In this document: positions 19,550 to 31,915 of the stretch, piece by piece
Numbering within the stretch: position 1 is the stretch's first letter
Layout: each line of letters begins with the position of its first letter
Source of the DNA: an uncultured Eubacteriales bacterium
GTDB lineage: Bacteria; Bacillota; Clostridia; Christensenellales; UBA1242
Assembly (NCBI GenBank): GCA_949031345.1
Contig: CARNVA010000002.1
Location: 44,532 to 108,531, forward strand
Direction of reading: 5' to 3'
Length of the DNA: 64,000 bases
The notes under the pieces: generated by a model
Told to the model about the DNA's origin: nothing
Database searches by the model: none
The model's input: the letters and a program-made list of their open reading frames with translations, nothing else
Program-made: the position numbers and the translations under genes

Positions 19550-20428
19550 ATGAAATACCATCAATTCAACATAACCAAGCACTATTCCTCCATCTATTAT
19601 TTTTTAAAGGATGAAAAGTTTTCAGAAAATTTTATTTCAAATCTAAGAAAAGATTGGGGAAATATTTTAGTAAACAATCAAATTGTAAATATTCGCAAGA
19701 GTTTATCTCCAGGTGATAATTTAAAAATAAACAACAATCCAAACAAGAAAACCACTATTATGCAATGCATACTACCACTAGATATTGTATACGAAGACGA
19801 ATACTACCTACTCATAAACAAACCAAGCGGACTTTCGTGCATGCCAAACAAAAGACACTACACTCAAAATCTTGCAGGAGCAATTTGCAACTATATGCAA
19901 CAAAAAGATGAAAATTTTGTTCTCAGAATTATCAACAGGCTCGATAAAGATACTGCTGGAATTATAGTGGTTGCAAAAGATAGTATCGCTCAAAATAAAA
20001 TTAAAAATATAAACAAAACTTATCACGCTGTTTGTCAAGGCGAAATCAACACCCCTATTACTATAAATAAACGAATTAAAACTATTTGTGAAAATGGAAT
20101 AAATAATCAAAAAAGAACAACCGCTGACGATGGTCAAGAAGCGACAACTTTTGTAATTCCTATCAAATCCAACAACAATTTTAGTTTAATCAGTTTGAAT
20201 TTATTGCATGGAAGGACACACCAAATAAGAGTGCATCTCTCATCAATAAACCACCCACTTATTGGAGATGAAATATATGGCGAAAAAAGCACACTAATAA
20301 ATCATACTGCCCTTATTTGCGATAAGCTCAGTTTCTTTCATCCATTTAAAAACCAAACAATAGAATGCGAAATAAAATTTCCAGAAGATTTCCTTAATCT
20401 TTTAAAAACAACCGATTTATTGAATTAA
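19550..20428 (+). CDS. RluA-family pseudouridine synthase
   Basis: S4-like N-terminus. Catalytic region NRLDKDTAGIIVVAK and HGRTHQIRVHL. Confidence 0.88.
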   Translation: MKYHQFNITKHYSSIYYFLKDEKFSENFISNLRKDWGNILVNNQIVNIRKSLSPGDNLKINNNPNKKTTIMQCILPLDIVYEDEYYLLINKPSGLSCMPNKRHYTQNLAGAICNYMQQKDENFVLRIINRLDKDTAGIIVVAKDSIAQNKIKNINKTYHAVCQGEINTPITINKRIKTICENGINNQKRTTADDGQEATTFVIPIKSNNNFSLISLNLLHGRTHQIRVHLSSINHPLIGDEIYGEKSTLINHTALICDKLSFFHPFKNQTIECEIKFPEDFLNLLKTTDLLN

Positions 20429-20460
20429 AAAAATCTACAATTTATGTAGATTTTTATTTT
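20427..20460. terminator. bidirectional terminator
   Basis: A-run, stem AAATCTACA/TGTAGATTT, then T-run, between convergent genes. Confidence 0.7.
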
Positions 20461-20518
20461 TATCATTAAGCCCTAGCGCAAAATTTAAAATCCCAACACT
20501 TTTGACATTTTAAATCTA

Positions 20519-21901
20519 TCAAAACTCACAGTTGTTTGGCGTTCTTGGGAACAAGATTACATCACGAATATTTGAAACACCTGTAATATACATAAGTATG
20601 CGTTCAAAACCAAGCCCAAAACCACTATGTTCAACAGAGCCAAACTTTCTCAAATTCAAATACCACCAATAATCATCTTCTTTTAAGTTGATATTTTTCA
20701 TGTGATTTACAAGTTTGTCATAATCAGTTTCTCTTTCGCTTCCACCCGTAACTTCTCCAATTCCTGGGAATAAAAGGTCACAAGCCCTGACAGTCTTTCC
20801 ATCGTCATTTTGTTTCATATAAAAGGCCTTGATTGCTTTTGGATAGTCAGTTACAAAGACAGGCTTTTTAAAAACAACCTCAGAAAGATATCTTTCATGC
20901 TCAGTCTGAATATCAGCACCCCACTCAACAGGAAATTCAAACTTATCATTATTTTTCTTTAAAATTTCAATTGCTTCAGTGTAAGTCACTCGACCAAATT
21001 CATTATTAACCACATTGCTTAATCTGTCAAACAAGCCCTTATCCACAAAATCATTAAAAAATCTCATTTCATCTGGACATCTCTTTAAAATATTTGAAAT
21101 CAAATATTTCATCATTTCTTCTTCAAGATCCATAAGCCCTTCAAGGTCCATAAAACATACCTCAGGCTCTAAATGCCAAAATTCATTAACATGGCGAGTC
21201 GTATTGCTATTTTCAGCTCTAAAAGAAGGTCCAAAGGTATAGATTTTTCCAAAAGCAAAAGCGCATGTTTCACCTTCAAGTTGACCTGTAGGACTTAAGT
21301 ATACCTTCTTACCAAAAAGCTCATCTTTTGGGTCAAATTGCTTATTCTCATCATAGATATTTTGAGTTGTAACTCTAAAAAGCTCACTTCCACCCTCACA
21401 ATCGGATGAAGTTAGCAAAGGTGTATGAACATGAACAAAGCCTTTATTTTCAAAAAACTCATGCAAGATATAGGCAAGCTTGCTTCTTACTCTAAATACC
21501 GCATTAAAAAGATTTGTTCTTGGCCTAAGATATGCTATTTCTCTTAAAAATTCCAATGAATGCTTCTTTTTTTGAAGCGGATATTCACTATCAGTTGCAC
21601 TTATCACTTCAATTTCTTCAGCTTGCATTTCAAATGGTTGTTTGTTTTCTGGAGTTAAAACAAGATTTCCCTTACACATAATTGCAGAGCCAGTATTAAG
21701 CTTTTCAACAATGTCAAAGTTTGCAAGTTTTTCTTCAGTGAAAACAATCTGAAGTCCTTTAAAGCAAGTGCCATCTGTCAAATCAATAAAGCCAAACTTT
21801 CCATTTCCACGGCAGCTTTTTACCCAACCTGCAACAACAAGTTGTCCTTTTGTATATTCTTCTTTATTATCATATATTGATTTTATGTCAGTTTTTATCA
21901 T
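20519..21901 (-). CDS. asnS: asparaginyl-tRNA synthetase
   Basis: 460 aa. OB anticodon-binding N-terminus and class IIb core (FRAENSNTTRHVNEFWHLEPE, GFGLGFERIL). Confidence 0.92.
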   Translation of the reverse strand: MIKTDIKSIYDNKEEYTKGQLVVAGWVKSCRGNGKFGFIDLTDGTCFKGLQIVFTEEKLANFDIVEKLNTGSAIMCKGNLVLTPENKQPFEMQAEEIEVISATDSEYPLQKKKHSLEFLREIAYLRPRTNLFNAVFRVRSKLAYILHEFFENKGFVHVHTPLLTSSDCEGGSELFRVTTQNIYDENKQFDPKDELFGKKVYLSPTGQLEGETCAFAFGKIYTFGPSFRAENSNTTRHVNEFWHLEPEVCFMDLEGLMDLEEEMMKYLISNILKRCPDEMRFFNDFVDKGLFDRLSNVVNNEFGRVTYTEAIEILKKNNDKFEFPVEWGADIQTEHERYLSEVVFKKPVFVTDYPKAIKAFYMKQNDDGKTVRACDLLFPGIGEVTGGSERETDYDKLVNHMKNINLKEDDYWWYLNLRKFGSVEHSGFGLGFERILMYITGVSNIRDVILFPRTPNNCEF

Positions 21902-22032
21902 ACATTCTCCTATAATATTTCATAATCAAGGTCTTTTAAAATACTTTTATATTATACCACAAGCATACACTCAAACAAAACATTTTAATAAAAAATCTCT
22001 AAACAATTTAGAGATTTTATTGATTTCTATTC

Positions 22033-22491
22033 TTATAACATAAAGAAACAGCCACTCAAAGACAATGTGGAATTTTCTGTAATTACAACAGTATATTCCA
22101 ACACTTGATAATCATCATTTTCGATTACTTCATATTCAACACTTTGTCCATTAAACTGCATAGAAAAATCACTTGACAGAAATGATGAATAAAATGTGAG
22201 TGTAACTTGCGTGTTTTCTTCAAGCTTATTCAAGATATTATTTGAATGTGAATCGATATATAAACAAACGCTTTCATCAATATTTACTTCATAAAAGTTT
22301 TCTGAATTATTGATAAGGTTATCTGTCTCTTTTATCTTGATTACAGATTCAGCATTTTCTAAACTTACTATACCAATTGATAAATCAAAATTCTTCTTTT
22401 CGCCTGATACATTGCCGCCTGTACAAGCTACTAAAATAGGCAAAGCTATAATTATAAAAGCCGCCAAAAATACTTTATAAAACTTATTCAT
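22033..22491 (-). CDS. hypothetical lipoprotein
   Basis: Signal peptide with lipobox (LPILVAC). No recognised domain. Confidence 0.6.
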   Translation of the reverse strand: MNKFYKVFLAAFIIIALPILVACTGGNVSGEKKNFDLSIGIVSLENAESVIKIKETDNLINNSENFYEVNIDESVCLYIDSHSNNILNKLEENTQVTLTFYSSFLSSDFSMQFNGQSVEYEVIENDDYQVLEYTVVITENSTLSLSGCFFML

Positions 22492-22729
22492 CTTTCTCCT
22501 CAGTTACTTTTATATTTTATCATTTTTGATTAAATTTTCCAAATGATTTCGACAAAATTTTCATAAATCGTCAATTTATTTTAACAATATACAGATTTCT
22601 CCATAAATCATTTGATATCTATAAAAACAACATTATACATAAAATCAAGAAAAAGAATACACTTTGCCAATTTCAAGAAAACTATAAAACAAAAAACTTT
22701 GCTGAACAAACAACAAGGTTTTAATAGTT

Positions 22730-22811
22730 TGGTGCGGGCGGTGGGAGTCGAACCCACACCCTTTCGGACTTGCCCCTTAAACAAGCGCGTCTGCCATTCC
22801 GCCACGCCCGC
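22730..22811 (-). tRNA. tRNA-Leu, anticodon reads AAG (type II, CCA encoded)
   Basis: Manual fold. Acceptor GCGGGCG/CGCCCGC; T-arm GTGGG-TTCGACT-CCCAC; 11-nt variable region. Anticodon stem CTTGT/GCAAG with loop TTAAGGG. 82 nt. Confidence 0.8.
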
Positions 22812-22851
22812 AAACCAAATTAAAAACAAGCTTTTTTAAACTTGCTTTATT

Positions 22852-22880
22852 ATTATATCTATTATTATAAATTTTGTCAA
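22852..22880 (-). promoter_or_regulatory. sigma-A promoter of the solo tRNA-Leu gene
   Basis: Minus strand TTGACA (22880-22875), 17-nt spacer, TATAAT (22857-22852). Confidence 0.65.
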
Positions 22881-22921
22881 CAATTTTTTAATAAAAAAAT
22901 AAAAAATCACTAAAAAGTGAC

Positions 22922-23209
22922 TTATTTATTTTCATCTTCAAATTCTTTCAACCCTTTTTCAAATTGAATTTTACTTTCAGGGTCAAGCATAAACAAAAGT
23001 CCAAACAACTGTCCCACATGAAGTTTTTCTTCTTTTGCAATATCTTTAATAGTATTTTGCGCCGATGTAAGAGTTGCTTGCATTAAGTGAGTCTCATAAC
23101 CAATAATAGCCTCCAACTCACCCATTATATCAAGCCTTGCATTCTGCGTCATTGTATATTTTGCAGACGCATTTGGCGTAGTATCTAAAATATTAAAAAA
23201 TCCTTTCAT
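22922..23209 (-). CDS. small ferritin-like protein, encapsulated-ferritin (EncFtn/Flp)-like
   Basis: 95 aa from ATG 23209 (GGAGG RBS). GELEAIIGYE and AKEEKLHVGQL match the E..E-x-x-H di-iron ligand pattern of EncFtn as I recall it. Confidence 0.6.
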   Translation of the reverse strand: MKGFFNILDTTPNASAKYTMTQNARLDIMGELEAIIGYETHLMQATLTSAQNTIKDIAKEEKLHVGQLFGLLFMLDPESKIQFEKGLKEFEDENK

Positions 23210-23277
23210 GCAACCTCCAAATTTATATATGAAAAATTTTCTAGATTTGCCATTAAAACAAATAAAAAAGAAGCATA

Positions 23278-24543
23278 TCAACATACTTCTTTTTTGTCAT
23301 CAACTTTTTTAATTATTTCAGGTTGAGCATCATCAATTTCAATAAACTTTGATGTAACAATAATTTTATCAACATTGCTGTAACTTGGAGCCTCATACAT
23401 AAGCTTTGTCATTCGCGATTCAATTATCGTCCTAAGCCCTCTGGCACCTGTCTTTAATTCAATAGCTTTTTTAGCAATTGCTGAGATTGCATCTTCAGTA
23501 AACTCAATATTCATATCATCCATCTTAAACATTAAAGTATATTGTTTTATCAATGAATTTTTCGGCTCTTTTAAAATTCTGACAAGCGCTTTTTCATCAA
23601 GCTCATTCAGACCAACAGTAATCGGTAATCTGCCAATAAATTCTGGAATTAAACCAAATTTGATTAAATCATTTGGTTGCACCTCTTTTGCGTAGTTTGC
23701 CCCCACACCTTCTTCAATATTCTTTATTTGGGCATTAAATCCAAGCGAGGTGTCATTTTTGCGACTTTCAATAATCTTATCAAGTCCTACAAAGGCACCA
23801 CCACAAATAAACAATATATTGGTTGTATCTATCTGTATCATTTCTTGATGAGGATGTTTTCTACCACCTTGAGGAGGAACAGAAGCTACTGTGCTTTCCA
23901 AAATCTTAAGCAGCGCCTGTTGAACACCTTCGCCCGCAACATCTCTCGTAATTGAAACATTTTGTGTTTTACGGGCAATCTTATCAATTTCATCAATATA
24001 AATTATTCCGCGTTGAGCTTTTTCAATGTCATAATCGGCATTTTGAATAAGTTTTAATAATATATTTTCAACATCATCGCCTACATATCCTGCCTCAGTC
24101 AATGTAGTTGCATCGGCAGTAGCAAAAGGCACTTTCAAGATCTTCGCTAAAGTCTTTGCAAGAAGCGTTTTACCAGAGCCTGTTGCGCCAAGCATTAAAA
24201 TATTGCTCTTTTCAAGCTCTACATCTTCAGCCTCTTTTTCTTTGCGCAAATCTCTATCAAAATTGTAATTAAGTCTCTTATAATGGTTGTAAACCGCCAC
24301 AGCAAGCACTTTCTTAGCTTCATCTTGACCTATGATATATTCATCAAGTTTTGACTTTATTTCGCTTGGTGAAGGCAATTCCAACTTTTCAAATTTTGAA
24401 GTTTTTGCCACATCCACAATAATATCTTTACAGATTTCAATGCATTCATCACAAATATAAGCTTCACCATTTGGGCTTGCGATAAGCTTCTTAGCATCTC
24501 GTTGACTTTTTCCACAAAAACTACATTTACATTCTTCGCTCAT
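23278..24543 (-). CDS. clpX: ATP-dependent Clp protease ATP-binding subunit ClpX
   Basis: N-terminal zinc finger CSFCGK..CDEC, Walker A GATGSGKT, and IYIDEIDKI. Confidence 0.97.
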   Translation of the reverse strand: MSEECKCSFCGKSQRDAKKLIASPNGEAYICDECIEICKDIIVDVAKTSKFEKLELPSPSEIKSKLDEYIIGQDEAKKVLAVAVYNHYKRLNYNFDRDLRKEKEAEDVELEKSNILMLGATGSGKTLLAKTLAKILKVPFATADATTLTEAGYVGDDVENILLKLIQNADYDIEKAQRGIIYIDEIDKIARKTQNVSITRDVAGEGVQQALLKILESTVASVPPQGGRKHPHQEMIQIDTTNILFICGGAFVGLDKIIESRKNDTSLGFNAQIKNIEEGVGANYAKEVQPNDLIKFGLIPEFIGRLPITVGLNELDEKALVRILKEPKNSLIKQYTLMFKMDDMNIEFTEDAISAIAKKAIELKTGARGLRTIIESRMTKLMYEAPSYSNVDKIIVTSKFIEIDDAQPEIIKKVDDKKEVC

Positions 24544-24556
24544 AAACTCCTCCTAA

Positions 24557-25147
24557 CTAAGCTTTTTTGTCTCGAGAAACGAAAATTTCATCTATTATTC
24601 CGTATTCTTTTGCCTCCTGTGCAGTCATATAATTATCTCTATCAGTATCTTTCTCCACTATTTCGAGAGGTTTTCCTGTATTCTGGCTTAACATTTGATT
24701 CATTCTGTCTTTTATATATTGAATATGATTTGCTTGAATTTGAATATCGCTCACCTGACCTTGAGCTCCGCCAAGAGGCTGATGTATCATTATTTCACTG
24801 TTTGGAAGAGCAAATCTCTTTCCTTTTGTTCCACCAGCAAGCAAGAACGCACCCATTGAAGCCGCTCTGCCAACACAGATAGTTGAAACATCACATTTAA
24901 TATATTTCATTGTATCATAGATTGCAAGACCAGCACTAACGCTTCCGCCAGGACTATTGATATAAATGGAAATATCTTTGTTTGGATTTTTACCTTCCAA
25001 ATAAATCAATTGTGCAACAATAATATTTGCAATATTATCATCAATTTCACCATTTAAAAATATTATTCTGTCTTCAAGCAATCTTGAATAGATATCATAA
25101 GACCTCTCACTGTTGCCAGTCTGGTCAACCACCATAGGTATCAACAT
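24557..25147 (-). CDS. clpP: ATP-dependent Clp protease proteolytic subunit
   Basis: Catalytic [11 protein letters not shown] (Ser), IMIHQP (His), and the Asp region. Confidence 0.97.
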   Translation of the reverse strand: MLIPMVVDQTGNSERSYDIYSRLLEDRIIFLNGEIDDNIANIIVAQLIYLEGKNPNKDISIYINSPGGSVSAGLAIYDTMKYIKCDVSTICVGRAASMGAFLLAGGTKGKRFALPNSEIMIHQPLGGAQGQVSDIQIQANHIQYIKDRMNQMLSQNTGKPLEIVEKDTDRDNYMTAQEAKEYGIIDEIFVSRDKKA

Positions 25148-25291
25148 AAACCCTCCTATTTTATCAGACCAATAGTCTAATATATTAAAAAATTAAAGCA
25201 TTTGGCACTAAATTGCAAAAAGGCCTTTCTTGTTTTAAAATCAAAACAAGAAGGCTCTTAAAGTTGCCAAAGATATTATACGCCAATTTTA

Positions 25292-26572
25292 TTATTTATT
25301 TTCATTTTTTGACTTAATAAAATCTAAGACTTTTGTCATAATTGCGTTGTTTTGGAAGAATGCATAGTCTTGCTCAGACATTGCCTTCTTAAAATCTTCA
25401 ACATTCATCTGATATTTTCCTGCATAATCAGCAATGGTCTTATCCAAATCTGCAGCAGTAACAGTAATTTTATATTGAGAAATCAACCTTTGCAATACAA
25501 GTCTAGTTTTTATATTCTTTTCTGCATCAGCTCTTCTTTCAGCCTTAAACTCGTCGATTGATTTACCAAGATAGCTAAGATATCCTTCCAAATTCATTCC
25601 TTGGTGAGAAAGTCTGTGCTCAAAGTCTTCAACCATATGATAAACTTCATGCTCAATCATAGAATCAGTAAGATCAATGCCACTCTTTTCAGCAACAGCA
25701 TCTAAAAGAGCAACTTCATAATCTCTTTCAGCCCTTTCTTCTGCAGCTTTCATAAGATTTTCTTTAATTGACTTTTTATACTCAGCAAGAGTCTCATATT
25801 CTGTTGTATCAGCAACAAACTTATCATCAACTTCTGGCAAAACTTTCTTTTCAATCTTTTTCAAAGTCACTTTAAATACAGCTGGTTGACCTTTCAAATT
25901 TTCAGCACCATAATTTTCTGGGAATTTTACATCAATGTCTTTGACTTCATCTTTTTTCATTCCCACAACGCCTTCTTCAAAGCCTTCAATAAAAGTATGA
26001 GAGCCAAGCTCAAGTCTATAATCTTCAGCTTCGCCGCCTTCAAATTTTTCACCGTTTAAATAACCAACAAAGTCAATGGTTGCAAAATCTCCCATTTCAG
26101 CAACTTTATCCTCTTCAACATAACGAGCATGAGACTCTTTTGCTGATTGAAGCTGTCTTTCAATTTCACTTTCTTCAACTTTAGCTTTTGGCTTTTTAAC
26201 ATTCAATTTATCAAGCTCTGGCAGCACAAATTCAGGCATTAAATCAAATTTTAAAGAAACTTCAAGTCCACCTTCAACAGTAAATGTATTCTTATCTACA
26301 TGTGGATGATCTGCAGGAACAATGCTTGGATTTTCTTCCAAGAATTTTGAATAGTTGGTTGAAACAACTTCATCAAAAGCCTCATCAAAAAATACTGTAT
26401 CGCCATAATTTTGTTCAATTACCTTTCTTGGAGCCTTTCCCTTTCTAAATCCTTGAATATTAAATCTTCCTTTATTTTGCTCGTAAGCACGCTCCATTGC
26501 TTGTTCCCATTCTTCCTTAGAAACTTTAATATTCAAAACGCCTTTTTTATCAATTTTTTCAAATGTAAACAT
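25292..26572 (-). CDS. tig: trigger factor
   Basis: Ribosome-binding GFRKGKAP motif, central FKBP-type PPIase, and C-terminal arm domain. Confidence 0.95.
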   Translation of the reverse strand: MFTFEKIDKKGVLNIKVSKEEWEQAMERAYEQNKGRFNIQGFRKGKAPRKVIEQNYGDTVFFDEAFDEVVSTNYSKFLEENPSIVPADHPHVDKNTFTVEGGLEVSLKFDLMPEFVLPELDKLNVKKPKAKVEESEIERQLQSAKESHARYVEEDKVAEMGDFATIDFVGYLNGEKFEGGEAEDYRLELGSHTFIEGFEEGVVGMKKDEVKDIDVKFPENYGAENLKGQPAVFKVTLKKIEKKVLPEVDDKFVADTTEYETLAEYKKSIKENLMKAAEERAERDYEVALLDAVAEKSGIDLTDSMIEHEVYHMVEDFEHRLSHQGMNLEGYLSYLGKSIDEFKAERRADAEKNIKTRLVLQRLISQYKITVTAADLDKTIADYAGKYQMNVEDFKKAMSEQDYAFFQNNAIMTKVLDFIKSKNENK

Positions 26573-26663
26573 AATATCTCCTTTTCCTCTTTCTAAATTT
26601 ACTATTAAATAATAGCATAATTCTTAATTTTAAGCAAGTAAATTTCAATGCAAATTCAATCGA

Positions 26664-27045
26664 TTAAAATTTTATAAAAGCAACAATAGAAATTGCAAGC
26701 AAACTTATCATAAACAAAATTTTGAATATATCCAAAGCTTTATCAAGTCTCAAACTTTTTTTATACTTCTTTATGTAAAGCTCTATATTCGCATCAAATT
26801 CATCTTTAGTAATGTTGTATAAATTTATCATTTCCGCACGATAACCTCTGAAATCATCATCAAAATAAGTGTAATATTCTTCTATAAAATCCAATATCAG
26901 CATAACCACCCAATATATACAAAAAAGCACCAAAAAAGGCAGTGCGACAAAAACAAAGTCAGCCCATACTGCCTTTAATGCCAAAAATAAAACCATAAGT
27001 CCCAGCAAAATTGCTGAAATAAGCCATCTTTTTTTAATGAATTTT

Positions 27046-27053
<8 letters not shown>
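26664..27053 (-). CDS. hypothetical membrane protein
   Basis: 129 aa with 3 predicted TM helices. Overlaps the upstream ORF by 8 nt. Confidence 0.5.
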
Positions 27054-29374
<2,321 letters not shown>

Positions 29375-29382
29375 AAGTTACC

Positions 29383-29805
29383 TCAATATTTTTTTATTCT
29401 TCTTGAATGCCTGCCACCCTCAAAATCAGTTGTTAAAAACACTTTGATTATTTTAATTGCCTTTCTAGCTGAAATAAATCTTCCTGGCAAACATAACACA
29501 TTTGCGTCATTGTGCCTTCTGGAAAGCTCTGCAAATTTTTCGCTTTGACAAAGCGCCGCTCTGATTTTTGGATGCCTATTTGCAACTATACTCATTCCAA
29601 TTCCACTTCCACAAATATAAATACCAACATTTCTTGGGTCTTCTGTCACCTTAACATTTGCAGCCTTTGCAAAATCTGGATAATCATCAAGTTGTTCTTT
29701 TGAATAACACCCCACATCAATTGCAATTATATTTTCACGATTAAAAAACTTTTTTATCTCCTCTTTTAAAGGATAACCCGCATGGTCACTTGCCAAAATT
29801 ATCAT
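29383..29805 (-). CDS. rpiB: ribose-5-phosphate isomerase B
   Basis: MIILASDHAGY..CGSGIGMSIVANR. ATG 29805 overlaps the upstream stop (ATGA). Confidence 0.92.
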   Translation of the reverse strand: MIILASDHAGYPLKEEIKKFFNRENIIAIDVGCYSKEQLDDYPDFAKAANVKVTEDPRNVGIYICGSGIGMSIVANRHPKIRAALCQSEKFAELSRRHNDANVLCLPGRFISARKAIKIIKVFLTTDFEGGRHSRRIKKY

Positions 29806-30230
29806 AACTCTCTCCACATATTGATTTTTATCATCAAGCTTTCAACGGCTTGCTTTATCATTTTTGCTGTAGCATAGTAAACTTCTTCATCTTGACCATA
29901 AGGGTCAACTATGTCTTCACCTATAAGGCTTTTCATCGTGATTATTTTAGATGAATTTATCTGATTTTTCATATTTTCATTCATAACAATATAAAGCGTA
30001 TCTTTATCAATTTTTCCAAGTTTAACTGATTTTCTGTTTGCAGCTGAAGCTCTTAGCCTCTTCAAAACTCTTTTTGCATTTTCCGCAATATTTTCACCAT
30101 TTGCCCTAAAACCTCTAGATGAAACCTTAACATCTTGAATTTTATTGTCTTTAAGATGTTTTTTCATCAGCCTTTCAGCCATTATCGAACGGCAAGTATT
30201 TCCAGTGCAGACAAAACAAATTTTTATCAT
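29802..30230 (-). CDS. ywlE: low-molecular-weight protein phosphatase (YwlE-like arginine/tyrosine phosphatase)
   Basis: P-loop CFVCTGNTCRS and DPYG. Shows the ywlE-rpiB synteny seen in Bacillus. ATG 30230 has an AAGGGAG RBS. Confidence 0.85.
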   Translation of the reverse strand: MIKICFVCTGNTCRSIMAERLMKKHLKDNKIQDVKVSSRGFRANGENIAENAKRVLKRLRASAANRKSVKLGKIDKDTLYIVMNENMKNQINSSKIITMKSLIGEDIVDPYGQDEEVYYATAKMIKQAVESLMIKINMWREL

Positions 30231-30272
30231 AATGACTCCCTTCTTCCAAAAAAAAGAAACCAAAAATAATGA

Positions 30273-30590
30273 TTAAAAAATCATCTTTTTTGATTGCCAT
30301 AATTTATCTAAATTATACTTTTCTCTTGCTTGTGGAATAAATGAATGTATTACGATTTTATCAAAATCGAAGACAATCCATTCACCCTTATTGAAGCCTT
30401 CTGGATACTTTTCCATGCCGAAATCTTCCATTAAAGCACATGCAAGTCTTTTATTGTATGCCACTGATGGTGTCGAAAGAATTATGCCATAATCAAAAGT
30501 TTGTTCCTCTTTTGACAGGTCAAAGATGGCTATATCTTTATATTTTTTTTCTTTAAGATATTCATATAAATCATTTAAACGCTCTTTCAC
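30273..30590 (-). CDS. rsfS: ribosomal silencing factor RsfS
   Basis: 105 aa with DIAIFDL..GEWIVFDFDKIVIHSF..REKYNLDKLW. Confidence 0.88.
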   Translation of the reverse strand: MKERLNDLYEYLKEKKYKDIAIFDLSKEEQTFDYGIILSTPSVAYNKRLACALMEDFGMEKYPEGFNKGEWIVFDFDKIVIHSFIPQAREKYNLDKLWQSKKMIF

Positions 30591-30678
30591 AGCCCCTCAC
30601 TTTTTATTAAGTATAATATTTATTTATTTTCTTGTCAAATAAATGTCTAAATATTTTTAAAATGATAATAATTTAAAC

Positions 30679-31485
30679 ATGAAAAAAGTTTTATTTATAT
30701 TTCAATCAATTTTTAAGTTTTCTCTTATCTTTCTGTTTTGTTTTATTTGGACAAGATTTTTAAAACAACCACTATGGTTGACCTTTGTGCTGTCCACAAT
30801 ATTAACTGTGATTGTCATTTTAATTACTCGTATTTTAAATAAGAAAAATAAACTTAAACAAAGTTTAAAACAAAGCGAAAAAGAAGCTGCTGAAAACATG
30901 TTTTTATCCTTGCTTTCAGATAAAAATCATCTTAAATTCTTTTTGGAGCTTACAAAAAGCAGACATCCAAATGCAATTATTAAAAATGACTATATTTTAA
31001 TCACTCATCAAGACAATTCAAAAGTGATTTTATTGCCATTTATAAACATGCAAATGCTTTCTCTAAATGACATCGCAATCTACGCAAAACTTTGCAAATC
31101 ACAAAAAGCCGATAAAATAATAATTCTCTGCCATGACTATGACAAACAGACCATTGCTTTTTCTAAAAATTTTGACATAGAAATGCTTATACTTGACAGA
31201 TTTGACACCTACAGTATGCTTTATAAAGAATATGATTTCTATCCCGAAATAACTATGAAATATAAAAAAGATGCAGCTCTCACCTTTAAAGAGCTGCTTG
31301 CATATTCTTTTAATAAATCTAGGTCAAAAGGTTATATTTTTGCTTCCGTCATATTGTTTATAACTTCATTTTTCGTCAAAATCAACATCTATTATTGCAT
31401 TTGCGCTTCCATTCTTCTTATATTTGCTTTTATTTCATATGTCAACCCAAAATACAATAAAATTAAATCAAGTGAATTGATTTAA
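30679..31485 (+). CDS. hypothetical membrane protein
   Basis: Two N-terminal and two C-terminal TM helices around a roughly 120-aa soluble domain. No recognised family. Confidence 0.5.
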   Translation: MKKVLFIFQSIFKFSLIFLFCFIWTRFLKQPLWLTFVLSTILTVIVILITRILNKKNKLKQSLKQSEKEAAENMFLSLLSDKNHLKFFLELTKSRHPNAIIKNDYILITHQDNSKVILLPFINMQMLSLNDIAIYAKLCKSQKADKIIILCHDYDKQTIAFSKNFDIEMLILDRFDTYSMLYKEYDFYPEITMKYKKDAALTFKELLAYSFNKSRSKGYIFASVILFITSFFVKINIYYCICASILLIFAFISYVNPKYNKIKSSELI

Positions 31486-31498
31486 TATTTATTATTTT

Positions 31499-31511
31499 AT
31501 AACATAATAGC
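31499..31511 (+). repeat. copy of dispersed motif ATAACATAATAGC
   Basis: Exact 13-mer. Embedded in a small hairpin TATAACA/TGTTATA between convergent genes. Confidence 0.85.
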
Positions 31512-31514
31512 TTG

Positions 31515-31811
31515 TTATATAAGCTCTATATGTTTAATATCTTTCTTAGATGACTTGCGATAAACAATCAATGTATGCCCTACAACTTGCACAGGCTCCG
31601 CACCAGTTTTTTCGCAAATCAAGCTCATCATATCCTTTGGCGTAACCGCAGAGTTGTTTAAAACTTTAATTTTTACAAGCTCGCGCGCTTCTAAAAGCCC
31701 TACAAGTGTTTTTTCAGAATTTTCACTAAATCCATCTTTACCTATTTGCATTACAGGCTCAAGAGCATTTCCAAGTCCCCTTAAGAATGCTCTTTGTTTT
31801 GTTGTAATCAT
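31515..31811 (-). CDS. yhbY: ribosome assembly RNA-binding protein YhbY (CRM domain)
   Basis: 98 aa with TKQRAFLRGLGNALEPVMQIGKDG..VKIKVL. Confidence 0.88.
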   Translation of the reverse strand: MITTKQRAFLRGLGNALEPVMQIGKDGFSENSEKTLVGLLEARELVKIKVLNNSAVTPKDMMSLICEKTGAEPVQVVGHTLIVYRKSSKKDIKHIELI

Positions 31812-31915
31812 AATTATCTCCTATTATTTTATATTTTAAATTGATTTAAGATTTAATGTCTTAAATATTTTAAAATTGATTTTCTTAATTTATATTAAAG
31901 AAACTTTTTAAAATA

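Noticed and set aside
22608-22839. Two overlapping 73-75-aa ORFs on opposite strands
   Set aside because: Both run through the tRNA-Leu gene (22730-22811). Their G/C-rich middle is the tRNA, not coding sequence.
25148-25291. Searched the clpP upstream region for a CtsR operator (GGTCAAA direct repeat)
   Set aside because: Only a short AGAC..GTCT palindrome and the tig terminator are present, with no tandem GGTCAAA heptads.
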